Shown: one piece after another, positions 15,306-27,074 of the stretch
Layout: each line of letters begins with the position of its first letter
How positions within the stretch are numbered: position 1 is the stretch's first letter
From: Octopus bimaculoides
Lineage: Eukaryota
DNA length: 64,000 bases
Assembly: GCF_001194135.2 (NCBI RefSeq)
Contig: NC_068995.1
Coordinates: forward strand, 54,132,846 to 54,196,845
Direction of reading: 5' to 3'
Made by a program: the position numbers and the translations under genes
Notes under the pieces: model-generated
The model's database searches: none
Told to the model about the DNA's origin: nothing
What the model saw: the letters and a program-made list of their open reading frames with translations, nothing else

Positions 15306-15813
15306 GATGGATATATGTATATATCTATGCGAACTTGCACTTCTCAATCTGAATTATGTATACAAATGCATATCTTAAACCGTCAATATCTGCGCTTATA
15401 TCGAATCAACAACTCGAAAAGAACGCCATCCAAACGGTTGGATTTTGCATTAATTACTACTTCGTTCTTTATTTACACCACCAATCCATAGACGGTTATT
15501 TCATTAGGTTTCGTTATGAAAATATTTCTGATCTATGGATGTGTGAGATCAATGAAAGGGTTCAAGAAGTAGACGAACAATAATTGAGCGATGATTGGCA
15601 AGGGAGATAAACAAGCGAATTATTGCTTAATCAATGGACAATGACATGTGAATTTGATTAAGGACAAAATAGTAATCTTCTCACATAATGGATGTATACA
15701 CATACACGCACACCTACCCCCCCCACACACACACACATATCCACTCTTTGCATTATTCTTCATTTGGGATATGTAAACTATAATGGTGATGAGTAAGAAA
15801 GAATTATTAAACG

Positions 15814-15978
15814 TAATAATAATCCTTTCTACTATAGGTACAAGTCCTGAAATGTGGATAGTCGATTACATCGACCTCAGTGCGCAACTGGTACTTAATT
15901 TATCGACCCCGAAAGGATGAGAGGCAAAGGTGACCTCGGTGGAATTTGAACTCAGAATGTAGCGGCAGACCAAATGCC
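15814..15978 (-). mobile_element. 5'-truncated type B SINE (AAT-rich tail)
   Basis: gattacatcgacctcagtgcgcaactggtacttaatttatcgaccccgaaaggatgagaggcaaaggtgacctcggtggaatttgaactcagaa, ending abruptly at the tail of the next copy. Confidence 0.85.
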
Positions 15979-16207
15979 AATTTCTTTATTGCCCACAAGG
16001 GGCTAAACATAGAGAGGACAAACAAGGACATACAAAGGGATTAAGTCGATTACATCGACCCCAGTGCGTAACTGTTACTTAATTTATCGACCCCGACAGA
16101 ATGAAAGGTAAAGTCGACCTCGGCGGAATTTGAACTCAGAACGTAACGGCAGACGAAACACCGCTGAGCATTTCGCCCGGCGTGCTGACGATCCCGCCAG
16201 CTCGCTG
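15979..16207 (-). mobile_element. Full-length, well-preserved type B tRNA-derived SINE
   Basis: Reverse complement reads gcgagctggcgggatcgtcagcacgccgggcgaaatgc...gttctgagttcaaattccgccgaggtcgacttt...gtgggcaataaagaaat, with a B-box-like gagttcaaatt. Confidence 0.92.
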
Positions 16208-16249
16208 ACTGATTAAGCGTAACAATGATACTAAAGGAGACACGTTTCG

Positions 16250-16426
16250 ACCTATGATCAGCAATTTTAGGGAAGAGAGTAATTCGATTACATCGGCTGA
16301 CGTTTTGATTGGTATTTTATATCATCGTTCCTGAAATGATGAAAGGAAAATTGACCTCGTTGGTATTTGAACTTAGGCCTGCTAAGAACTTTATCCGACT
16401 CGGTAATTTTGCTACTAGTTGCCGCT
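16250..16426 (-). mobile_element. Older degenerate type B SINE
   Basis: tcgattacatcgg...cctgaaatgatgaaaggaaaattgacctcgttggtatttgaactt...gctactagttgccgc. Confidence 0.7.
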
Positions 16427-16745
16427 TCAAACAACAGAAACAACAGCGACATCAACAAAATAACAATAGTAAAAACAGCAACAACAACAATAATAGTAAT
16501 AATAATAGAAACGAGGAGAGGCATCTTCCAATGGGCTGCCTGTCCCCACTGATCTTTGTACTGGGCATGATAACACTAATACTTATTCTGAGGAAAGCAA
16601 AGGCAGTTTGTATTCAAAAGCCGCCATCAAAAAGTCAACCACTTGTTATTCATTGCCCGGTTGAGTGGGTCTATTCAAGTTGGCGTCTGTAGGCTGAGGA
16701 GTAGGGAGAAGGGAAAAGCTCTTACCATGACAACAGTGGTGACAA

Positions 16746-16811
<66 letters not shown>

Positions 16812-16817
16812 CGCTGC

Positions 16818-16860
<43 letters not shown>

Positions 16861-16862
16861 AC
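16746..16862. repeat. (CTA)n/(CTG)n trinucleotide microsatellite
   Basis: Directly visible. Confidence 0.95.
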
Positions 16863-16984
16863 AATTCTTTATTAACCAGGAGCGGCGCTAAATATGTATG
16901 AAAAACATTGACAAAGGAATTGTCGCACTACAATTAACAAATGGGAATTAAAAAAAAAAGTCGATGAAGACTTGGCCGTAAAGG

Positions 16985-17500
16985 AAATAGCCTGTCGTTA
17001 GTATTTTAAGTTGTCTGCCCAATACAACCTCTTTCACCATATCAGTAGAAGCAGTACGCTGCATACATTTTCTGCCCAAAGGAAGGCGTGGGGAAATCTT
17101 TGCGTGTTAGCGGCTGTTCAACATAATGCCACACGACAGCAATGCTCGAGTATGGTACGAGCAGGAGTAGAACAGTTTTGCCGTTCAACATTCATCTCGG
17201 AGAGTTGAGGCTTACGGCACTATCGTGTTTGTAGAGTATTCCCTAACTGGTAACGGTGAGCATTCATGGTTTGAGCAAGGCATAGGTTGGTCAGCTCTGC
17301 TTCGTGTGAGCCCAAGTGATAGGTTTTGCGAGGCTGGTGTTTCTCTGGTTCACTGTTTTCAAGTTATTTCTACAGCAAATTTCGCTTTTCTTGCTGATAA
17401 GAACTTTTATGAAAGAGAATTTTGCGGTTGTCGAAGCACATACAACCTGTTGTTAATGTTATTGCCAAACATATTCATCTTCTTTGCTTTATGTGGAAAT
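16985..17500 (-). mobile_element. Degraded Penelope-like element: RT C-terminus/linker and start of GIY-YIG endonuclease
   Basis: Minus-strand translation with stops and frameshifts gives LENSEPEKH, LSEM, PLTRKDFPT and YAAYCFY*YGERGCIGQTT*NTNDRL. The last resembles the PLE GIY-YIG start (VYxFxCxCGxxYIGQTTRxL). Confidence 0.5.
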
Positions 17501-17797
17501 GGAATTTTTTATTATTTATTTTTGTGGCATTTGCTTGTTCGTGCGTTCATTAATATTTTATGTTGCTATTTTATTTTGTGCAATATTATTTTCCTTAGGT
17601 GTGGATCGCGAAAACGAAGAATCCATATTTCATTTAGTGTTAGACATAAAAATATAATGGAAATATTTCACAAAAACGATCTTGGCGTCCAAGACCAGTA
17701 AGGGGCAAACGTTTCAATATGCTTAAAGTTAGTCCCTGCGTGAAATAATATCCCAAACAAAATGCAATTCGTCAGGTAAACATAAAAATTGTATACA

Positions 17798-17829
<32 letters not shown>

Positions 17830-17832
17830 CAC

Positions 17833-17902
<70 letters not shown>

Positions 17903-18630
17903 ACACATATGTACACCTACACAAGGACAAGAACACACATAAGATGATTAGGTAACAGAATAGCAAATGTGAGAGATGTTCTCTAGAGCTTAGAAGAAAG
18001 ATGTTACGAAGATACTTGAAATATAATAAACGTGATGTAATATTATCAAGGCAATCAATACACACTTCCTGTCAATGTTGATATACTCTACTGCTATTTT
18101 AAAGTTAAAGAATCTGTATGGAAGTAGCAATTTGCTCGTTGTGTATAAGGCAAACTATACTAACCGTTCTTTAGACAGGGTATTTTTTTACCGAGAATGG
18201 AAGGATGCACGGGTGTGTTAATTGCAGAAGAAAACACCAATTCTTCGATTTGTGTTTTTGCAAAGATTATAATCAGGTATGTGGAGAAAGGAAATACTAT
18301 TATATGGGAAGAGAAATATTGATTCAGTCTCTGAAATAATGATCTCATCAGTAAAAAAGAATGGCAGGGCGGAAATATTAGGCCAGTTCATACAAGAAAG
18401 CGTGTAAGTTGAAGTAAAGAGCACTGGTTGCGGTGGACAAATGAAAAGCTGAGATGCGAAACTGAATCCCTAATTAAAAAACGCTCAGAAACAAGCTATT
18501 AGAACGCTAATGATAAGAACAATGTGTGATAAAAATGAGATAAGGAGTAAATTAAGAATGCGTAACAAATGCGTTGAAAGTAGCCAGGTTCGATTCAGCT
18601 AAGCGAAGCTTGCATAAATTGTGTATGAAT

Positions 18631-18811
18631 GGAGGTCGTAAACACACCAGTATCGGTTGTCAAGTGTTGGTGGGGGAACAAACACAGATGCACAAATGCA
18701 TAAATATATACGTATATTAGACGGGCTTCTTTGATTTTCCGTCTACCAAATCCACTCAAGGCTTTGGTTTGCTCGAGGCTGTAGTAGGAGATTCTTGGCG
18801 AAGGTACCACA
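18631..18811 (-). mobile_element. Central fragment of composite type A SINE
   Basis: cgtaaacacaccagtatcggttgtcaag...gacgggcttctttgattttccgtctaccaaatccactcaaggctttgg...gaggctgtagtaggaga. Confidence 0.85.
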
Positions 18812-18827
18812 CATATGCGTGCATGTT

Positions 18828-18864
<37 letters not shown>

Positions 18865-19180
18865 NNNNNNNNNNNNNNNNNNNNNNNNNNNNNNNNNNNN
18901 NNNNNNNNNNNNNNNNNNNNNNNNNNNNNNNNNNNNNNNNNNNNNNNNNNNNNNNNNNNNNNNNNNNNNNNNNNNNNNNNNNNNNNNNNNNNNNNNNNNN
19001 NNNNNNNNNNNNNNNNNNNNNNNNNNNNNNNNNNNNNNNNNNNNNNNNNNNNNNNNNNNNNNNNNNNNNNNNNNNNNNNNNNNNNNNNNNNNNNNNNNNN
19101 NNNNNNNNNNNNNNNNNNNNNNNNNNNNNNNNNNNNNNNNNNNNNNNNNNNNNNNNNNNNNNNNNNNNNNNNNNNNNNNN

Positions 19181-19212
<32 letters not shown>

Positions 19213-19544
19213 ATGTGTGACTGTGTGTGGGTGCGTGTGTGTTTGTGTGTGCTTGTATGTGTTTCTTCATGACAACATCAACGAAACATACAAGTAATGC
19301 TTTGTAAGATAATTATCAAGATTGAAATAGAAGACACGAAATTTGCCACTGACTGAGATATATGTTAGATAATAATCGCACAAGAAACTAATTAAAACAA
19401 TCAAGGACGCGACAGAAAACATTCGCAAAAATAAAATCTGCTACGTAATTTAACTCAAACATTGTATATAGGATAATATTAAACGATATAATCCCTATTA
19501 TTAAAGAAGACTTTTGTAAGTACATCTATTTTAATCCAACAAAA

Positions 19545-19710
19545 TATTCCTTTCTGTTATAGGCTTATTCCGTTATAGTGCTTATTTTATCGATCCCGAA
19601 AAAGATGAAAGGCAAATTTGACCTCAGTGTCATTCGATCTCAGAACTTAAAGGCGGAAAAAGTGCCGCTAAGTTTTTTTTCTTTGCCCGGGACACTAAAA
19701 ATTATGCCAG
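19545..19710 (-). mobile_element. Degenerate type B SINE, internally deleted
   Basis: cttattttatcgatcccgaaaagatgaaaggcaaatttgacctcag...gatctcagaac...gccgctaag...tgcccggg. Confidence 0.75.
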
Positions 19711-20080
19711 CATGTCTTCACAAGATGGTGATTTCAAAGTTTTAGCTATGGCCAACGATCTTATGGGAGGAGCTCGCTATAACTAAACGTTAGCAATCAT
19801 TTCGCTAACTATATATGAAATATTAAACGTATAAAAAATGTAACCGCATTATATGGGTTATGTATAATATGGCATATGTGTACAACTTGGCGTCAGAACA
19901 GAACAAAAGAGCTCCCATAGAGAAATGTTGCAGGGCTGGAATAGAGATGTGAAATTAATTGGACATCGATAAGTTCATTAGTATTACATGTGAAAAAATG
20001 CATAACTCTCTCTTGTCTGGATGGCTGTCTCTCTCTATCTATCTATCTGTCTGGTTCTCTCTCCCACTTTCTCTATATGT

Positions 20081-20229
<149 letters not shown>

Positions 20230-21071
20230 CAGTTAAATGTTATCCCACTTACGAAGTCTGGGTTAATTAATGTAGAAGATTCTTTTTTTGCGGATGTTAT
20301 CTGTCTCGTTCGTGATTGTTATAATTAGCTTCTTGTGTGATTATTATCTATGATATATATCTCAGTCAGTGGCTACCTTCCTAGCTACTATTTCAATGTT
20401 AAGAATTATCCATCAAAGCATTTCTTTCCGTCTTGTTAATGTTGTCGGGAATACACACACACATATGTATGCACATTCGTACGTACATACGTACATACAT
20501 ACATATACACATACATACATATATATACATAGAGGCATGTATGCATACATACATACATAGCTTATGTCTACTGAGGGCAATATGTAGCAGTGATCGTCCC
20601 CTTGATGTGACCTGCTCGATAATGCGCTAAATCAATGAGTGGTATGGTTGAGGTGGTGTGTCATTATGGTGTGGTACGAGATGTACTTGACTATACTATT
20701 CCCAAGGGCATTTCTGACAGTCTAACATCTCTCTTTATTTCTTTACATTAAAATGGCGATGGAAAAGTGGCGACCTGGATACGTCTGAGGGACGAAAAGA
20801 ACGTCAACACTTACCTGCATATTGGCGGCCTTTGGCAGATATAAAGTTGTTTCTTCATCAACTGAGGCAGTGGTGACATCTTCCTTCAAAGGTGACTAAT
20901 CGGAAACTTTCCGGGTATAGCACTGCTAACCATATATCTGGAGGTGTTTTAGAAAATTTGACCGGAAAATTGCATGTCATACTTTTAAATTTGGCTAGGT
21001 TTGCACGTTTGGCGAACGTCTCCCAACGCGCTCGAATTCGCATGCGCATAAACAAGTCGAGACCACCACTG

Positions 21072-21730
21072 CACCTCAAGCTAGAATCTTTGTACTATAA
21101 TTTACAATGTGAGCGAATTATTCCCCGAGCGACGTACTACACTGGTACCTCGAAAACTTGGCAGATACAATGTGGACACTACTGCTCAGTCTAAGACAAA
21201 TCTGACTGCATAATGATACATACAACCTGAAGAGTGGGGAGACATTTTTCTGGGAAAGAGAAAACATTAGACGAATGAGATAGATCTGGATTTGCCATAC
21301 ATGCTAACCTGGTATCTCCTCTAAGGGAGTGTCTTCGAGGAAATAATGATAGACTAATTGATCTGCATATCCATCAATCATAAAACATGCTACTATTATT
21401 AATACCTACACACCTACATCACCAGTTCTGCTTACAAAAATTGGCCCAAGTGGCACCGTGCATTTGTCACGTCGCACCGGTTGCCATAGACAGCCATCAA
21501 GATGAACCTGATAGGATCTATATTTGGCTCAGAGAGTATTTGCAAGTGATTCCAAACGGTTCCAAACGCTGAAAAAAGATCATTCTTATCAGTGACTTCA
21601 ATGCTCTGATTGGAGCTGATTGAGAAATCTGGAATTTCTTCACAAGACAAGGATTTGGAAAGGTGGACAGTAATGGTATTTTTTTTCTCGAATTATGCAT
21701 TGAATTCGGGATGATATATGAAGCAGACAA
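21072..21730 (+). mobile_element. RTE-clade (BovB-like) LINE APE endonuclease fossil
   Basis: Frameshifted translation gives ERRTTLVPRKLGRYNVDTTAQSKTNL, GFAIHANLV, ATIINTYTPT, IDSHQDEPDRIY and KKIILISDFNALIGAD*EIW...GFGKVDSNGIFFLELCIEFG. These follow the RTE endonuclease motif order (ERRTALVARELARYNVD, AYAPT, GDFNARVG, GKxNSNG). Confidence 0.88.
21417..21485 (-). rRNA. Short 28S (LSU) rRNA-derived fragment; pseudogenic insert, not a functional gene
   Basis: Reverse complement of 21417-21465 (AAATGCACGGTGCCACTTGGGCCAATTTTTGTAAGCAGAACTGGTGATG) matches the conserved eukaryotic 28S segment GAATGCGAGTGCCTAGTGGGCCACTTTTGGTAAGCAGAACTGGCGCTG, recalled from memory, at 38/49 positions including an exact GTAAGCAGAACTGG. 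Confidence 0.75.
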
Positions 21731-21840
21731 CTTAAGGGGAAAAATGATCGGATCCCGACCTGAAAACTTCGTCTGTTAAGAGTTGCTTCGTTTCTGAATT
21801 GAAAAAATATGATTTAATTCTAATATTATTTATCACAAAA

Positions 21841-22070
21841 GGGCGGCGAGCTGGCACAGTCGTTAGCACGCCGGACAAAATGCTTAGCGGTATTTCGTCT
21901 GCCGCTACGTTCTGAGTTCAAATTCCGCCGAGCTCGACTTTGCCTTTCATCTTTACGGAGTCGATTAAAGAAGTACCAATTAGGCACTCGGGCCGATGTA
22001 ATGGATTAATCACTTTATCTGTCCTTGTTTATCCCCCTCTATGTTTAGCCCCTCGTGGGCTAAAGAAATA
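21841..22070 (+). mobile_element. Full-length type B tRNA-derived SINE
   Basis: ggcggcgagctggcacagtcgttagcacgccgg...gttctgagttcaaattccgccgag...gtgggctaaagaaata. About 84% identical by hand count to the inverse of 15979-16207. Confidence 0.92.
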
Positions 22071-22090
22071 AATATTGTTTATTACAATAA

Positions 22091-22300
22091 TGCGACGAGC
22101 TGGAAAAATCGTTAGCCCGCTGGGCAAAATATTTGCTGCATTTCTTCTGTCTTTACGTTCTGAGTTCAAAATCCACCGTGGTCAACTTTCATTTAATACA
22201 TTTCGGTCGATAAAATAAGTATCAATTGAACAATAGGGTCACCGTAACCAACTTACCGCTTCGTCCGAAATATCTGGCCTTTTTACCCAAATTTGAAATT
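22091..22300 (+). mobile_element. Older type B SINE, head-to-tail with previous copy
   Basis: gcgacgagctggaaaaatcgttagc...ttacgttctgagttcaaaatccaccgtggtcaacttt...ggtcgataaaataagta. Confidence 0.8.
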
Positions 22301-22327
22301 TTGAACAGTATTATTGTCCAAATCAAA

Positions 22328-22530
22328 GCGGCGCGCTCGCAGTATCGTTAGCACGCCGGGAAATTGATTAGCGCCATTTCGCTTGTCTTTACGTTCTGAG
22401 TTCAAATTACACTGAGATCGACCTTGCATGTCCTTTTTGTGGTCTGTATAATGCTTACGAGCTGACAACCGGGGTCAAAGTAATTGCTGTCCTCTCCCCT
22501 GAAATTGATACCCTTGAGGCGGAATTTCAA
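22328..22530 (+). mobile_element. Third, older type B SINE in the tandem
   Basis: gcggcgcgctcgcagtatcgttagcacgccggg...ttacgttctgagttcaaattacactgagatcgaccttg. Confidence 0.78.
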
Positions 22531-23984
22531 TCCCGTATTATTTCTCAAACTTCTTCAAATGTGATAAATAAATTGTGTATGCTGCAATATAGACAACTAA
22601 AAAAACCATACAGGTGAAGGTGCATGGCTTAGTAGTTAGGATATTCAACTGACGATTGCTTCACTCGTTAAGTCACACAAAACAGACATACACTTATTAA
22701 ATTATAAGAAATACATACCTCAAATAGAAATGCTCAATATTTTTAAAGTATGCAGTAGTTTTTCCAATTTTCTTAAAGCTGTTACATTTTGGGAATGCAG
22801 GATACAATGTTGCCACATGCTCTGATCATACTGAATTAATTTCCATTAATTTGCACATTATACATTCCAACCTCGAGCATTTCTGGCGTCAGGATATGAT
22901 TAACAAACGGATAACTCGAGTTTGACACTCAGATTAAATTTCTGCATGTACTCATTACTATTAATCAAGCCTATATTAGTCTTCTTCACCAACCATTCAA
23001 TTTTATGTTGTATCATTTTACATTCCCTAAATTTTTTACCATAAAATCTCAATATGATCCACCGTTCGATACTTCCATGAATCCTGGTAGAAACATATAA
23101 ATACACACAGTCCGGCTGCAGTTTCTATTTTCAAATGATAGCATCTTACTCCGACTACGACCTACTTTATACCGTGTGAATGCTGGTATTTTCCAACCAG
23201 AGTGTTCTTAGATCTTAAAACTTTTGTAAATAAACTTATAATAATGACCAAATTTGAAACACCTTGTAATTGTTTTTTTATGATGTACAAAGCTTTTATA
23301 TAATTTAAAATAATTTCGCTGAATAAATTTACTTATCATTTCTCCTCATGTAAAGATTTAGAATTTAATGAGCCGATTTTTTGGTTCCTTTGAATTTAGA
23401 GTTTGTACTAGTTAGAAACGAAAACAAAAGCGTTTCCCATATTAGCTAGGGCTCCAGTGCAGGAAGTATTCCACTATAACAAGTTTCAACAAATTCGATA
23501 TGAATATATTTGTGAAGATACTGACACTATTTTTACTGTATTACATTTTCATTACGTCGTTCTCTTTTTATCTCACGAAATCTCGAAAAGGTTCTCCAAA
23601 ACTTTGTAGCCTTATAATATTTCGTGTGCTGTTCCTTATTGAAGCTTATATGAAATTTCTCCAACATTACATAGAACTAATGATAAACTGAATGATTGTG
23701 AGTATGGCATAAAACAAATGACGCTATAAAATCACATAATACTGATTTTTGCTACGGCGTTTCGTATGAGACGTGAGATTTAAACAATGAGATCGAAGAT
23801 GAAAAACAGGTAATGGGCATATATGCCATATTTCGAGGTGTTTGCCCATTCATCAGCACCAAGTTCAATTGTTTATCGGGTTCTAGGATGATATGACTTC
23901 TACATTTGAACTCTCTAGAGTGCCAGCTTTCGAAGTAGAAATCCCAACTGAGATGGAATGAAGTGAAAATGACAACAATAGGTC

Positions 23985-24208
23985 GGCCATCAACATCAAG
24001 ATTTCCTAAAGAAGAACTTGTGAGTAATGCGTTGCTGTGGACACCAACTCATGGTACCACAGTGGCTGGAAGACCACGGAAGACATATATACAACAGCTT
24101 GCAGAAGATGTTGGATGCCAAGTTGAAGACCTAAAAACGTTAAGGGAAGATCGGGAGGGATGGAGAGAAGTAGCCAGGCTGGCCTGGGCAATTAGCCTGA
24201 CTGGATGA
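23985..24208 (+). mobile_element. 3' end of an RTE-clade (RTE-X-like) LINE ORF, 5'-truncated
   Basis: Translation EELVSNALLWTPTHGTTVAGRPRKTYIQQLAEDVGCQVEDLKTLREDREGWR resembles the RTE C-terminal LLWxPxHG...GRP.KTY...EDR..WR signature. Confidence 0.8.
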
Positions 24209-24611
24209 TTCCTCGATAAAGTAAAACAGAGCAGCACCCATCAAACCTATTAATCCTCCTCGGACACATTGCTTAAATATCCACTATATCTAGTGGTTTG
24301 TAGTTATTGGATGTACCAATTTACATAGTAAACACACTCCTGGGAGCTGGTATGTAAATACTAATGGCTTGTAGATACGCGCTATTTCGTTATGCAATCA
24401 TAATATATTGTAGTATAGTATATTAAACGTGATAGCAAAAATATCTATAGAGATAACCCTAAGGAATAATGCAAAACGCACTGCTAACAGAGTAGAACGT
24501 GGTATTGATTTATAAAAACATTTAATATACTTTACAGTTTACTATGGTTGCATAACGAAATACCACGTAACTACAAGTCATTAATACTTAATTAAAAAAC
24601 TGACTACAAAC

Positions 24612-24720
24612 ATTGCATTCCATCCTTTGCGGGTTGATTAAGTAAGTACCAGTTAAGCACTGGCATCCATTAAATCGATTAACCCTTTTCTGATATTTCA
24701 AGGTTCGTGCTTATAAGTTG
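24612..24720 (+). mobile_element. 3' half of type B SINE
   Basis: ttgcattccatcctttgcgggttgattaagtaagtaccagttaagcactgg...aatcgattaaccc. Confidence 0.65.
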
Positions 24721-26853
24721 CCATCCATTTGTACTCTGCCTGTGAGAGAATGAAAATATATTTGAGAAAACGGTGCAAGTGTTCCAATTCCGTAAGTGGT
24801 TTCTAACAGGAAATATAATTTTAATAAGAGTGACATCTCAGCTTTTCCAGAGGCCTGTTATAATTTTTTTTTCTCAAATATTTATATTTCTAGAAAGTTT
24901 CTATTCAGTTGTACATATTGTACTCTCTCCAGGCAACGTTGATTTTAAAGCTAGAATATATCCACTCTTAATATTCATCGTATCAAAGATGTAACCAATT
25001 TTTCGATTAATACATCCGTTCACGAAATCAACGTGTTTGTGCTTGATAATCTTTTGTAACGATATCAACATTTAATACACTTGGTGATGTCAATAAAGAA
25101 GGTTATATGGTATCCTAAAAGCAAAGAAACTCTGCATGCAAATGTTCTCCTTCGATTATACGCTATCTTCTGCATCCACCAAGTGAAATCTGATAATATC
25201 TAGGATATAAATGCACGTGGGAAGAAACGGTTACTAATATTGCCTGTATAAGAGAGAAACACTTCAACACAATGCAGTTTTTGATATTCAACGTTCACTA
25301 TTTTATTCAAATAATAGTCTCGAAAACTACATTTATAGGGAAGCCATTACTGTGATCTGAGTTCTAAATGAAACGCAAACTATCGTAGTGAGAGTACTCG
25401 ATAAGTGATCTTCTGTAATCTTAATTCTTCGCATCCATGTTCCTGATTTGCCACTTATGTATTCGTTTTATTCTGTAAATACTGCTCCAAATAATTAATT
25501 CCTCCTTATATTTAGGTGTTGGGATGTAGAAACTCTTGAAATACACTAAACGCTATATTTCATGGATACATCCTGCGGATATGAATAACGTATAAACACT
25601 AAATATGGAATTCTTATGCATGCCTCATTGATAGGATGCAAAACGTCTTGCATTATACAATTTCATTGCGTGTTTATACGCCGTTCCCAAATTAGTCAAC
25701 ATCTTACAAAAACCATACAATTGTATACGAAATAAATTTAAAATTATATTCTATAAAATTAATATTATATTATTTTCACTGTTAATATCAATTTTATATT
25801 GTTGTTAAAAAAAATGATTGATTACTAGATACCGGAGAACTTGTGCTGATAACTTTATTGAATAAAAAAAAACCAGTATTTATTATCAGCAAAACGTAAA
25901 ATATCTCATATCCGTTAAGAGAATTAGTTTGGAGCAGAGATCAAAAACCTATTATATTAACTATCTTTAGTTGTTGTAATCAATGTATTATCATCGTCAG
26001 TATCAACTTTTTTTAAAAAATTAACTCCGGTTAATACAGAATCCCATACAATTGACGTAGAAAGAAAATGTGGCTGAAAACGAGATTATTTTTTTGGTTT
26101 CTTTATAGTTCATGAAATTAATCCCTATCTCTAACGATTAACTCGCTCTTTGCAACGAAACGCTATTATTCAATAACGCTATCATCGTTATATGCAGTCC
26201 ATTCGTTTTAATGTTATTTGTCTTTCTAATTATGAAATATTCCGCTCCGAGCTTCATTTGCTTTTCGATGTGATACTTCCTGAGCTCCTCCCTGCTTCGC
26301 GAGATATCTCATAATTCAATGGATCCTTGCGTTATCAGAAAGTCTTTGTTTGAAGAGATTATAGTTTGCACAAATTAATCTCGAGTACTTTATCCGTTCG
26401 GAACCTAAAACCTAAATATTATCCTTTTCACATATTTGCAAGATTCCACCAAACGCCTGCTTTTCCACACTGCCTTCCATAATAATCGTTAATTAAAGGA
26501 AAATGATCTTAATTCAGCCGCGCGAGTTTCACGTATCACTATTCAATAACTTACAAATTTATTGCGTTTTGCAGATTCAATTTAAGGGGAACTGCACAGG
26601 TTTAATTCAGCTCTACAAAAAATATGGAAGCCTGCCAGTGCGCTGAATATCGGCTGAGCATGTTGCTGTGGTCTAATGAGAAATAAACCTTACAAACCAT
26701 GTGAAATATCTCTTCATGTTATGAAAAAGACCTGATGCAATGGTAACCTTAATTTAATTACTAAACTAATACTATGGAGAAGAATTAAGGCATTTCGAAG
26801 CTCTTTAATAAAATACAATACAAATCCATATATTGATATTTATCACACATTGA

Positions 26854-27074
26854 TACATGAGTGTTCTGAAAAGTTCTTGGCTTTAAAGGTCTCGCGAAAG
26901 GCCTGGTTAGATGCCGAAACTTCCGTGTTCGTTTACAGGGCTTTGAAAAACAGAAGCAATGTTGTGATAAGTGTGTGAATGTGAGAGGGGAATGTGTTGA
27001 ATAAAATCAAAATTAACTGATCCTCCTGTAATTTCTGTTACTCAAAGCCAGGAACTTTTCAGCAAATGCTCATA
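26854..27074 (+). mobile_element. Mariner-derived MITE (about 220 bp)
   Basis: About 30-bp imperfect TIRs (tacatgagtgttctgaaaagttcttggcttt / aaagccaggaacttttcagcaaatgctcata) with TA at both ends. The interior encodes a mariner-like C-terminus, EKQKQCCDKCVNVRGECVE*. Confidence 0.85.

Noticed and set aside
20812-20935. Perfect minus-strand donor CAG|GTAAGT at about 20812 with an 81-nt open stretch
   Set aside because: The nearest acceptor is weak, the better acceptor gives stops in all frames, and the region is probably RTE 5' sequence.
21072-24208. Idea that the RTE endonuclease (21072-21730) and RTE 3' end (23985-24208) are one interrupted element
   Set aside because: The endonuclease looks BovB-like and the tail RTE-X-like, and no RT motifs are visible between them. 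Treated as two fossils pending consensus alignment.
24780-25100. Possible Tx1/L1-like LINE remnant on the minus strand
   Set aside because: Only vague residue similarity with many stops; not supportable by eye.
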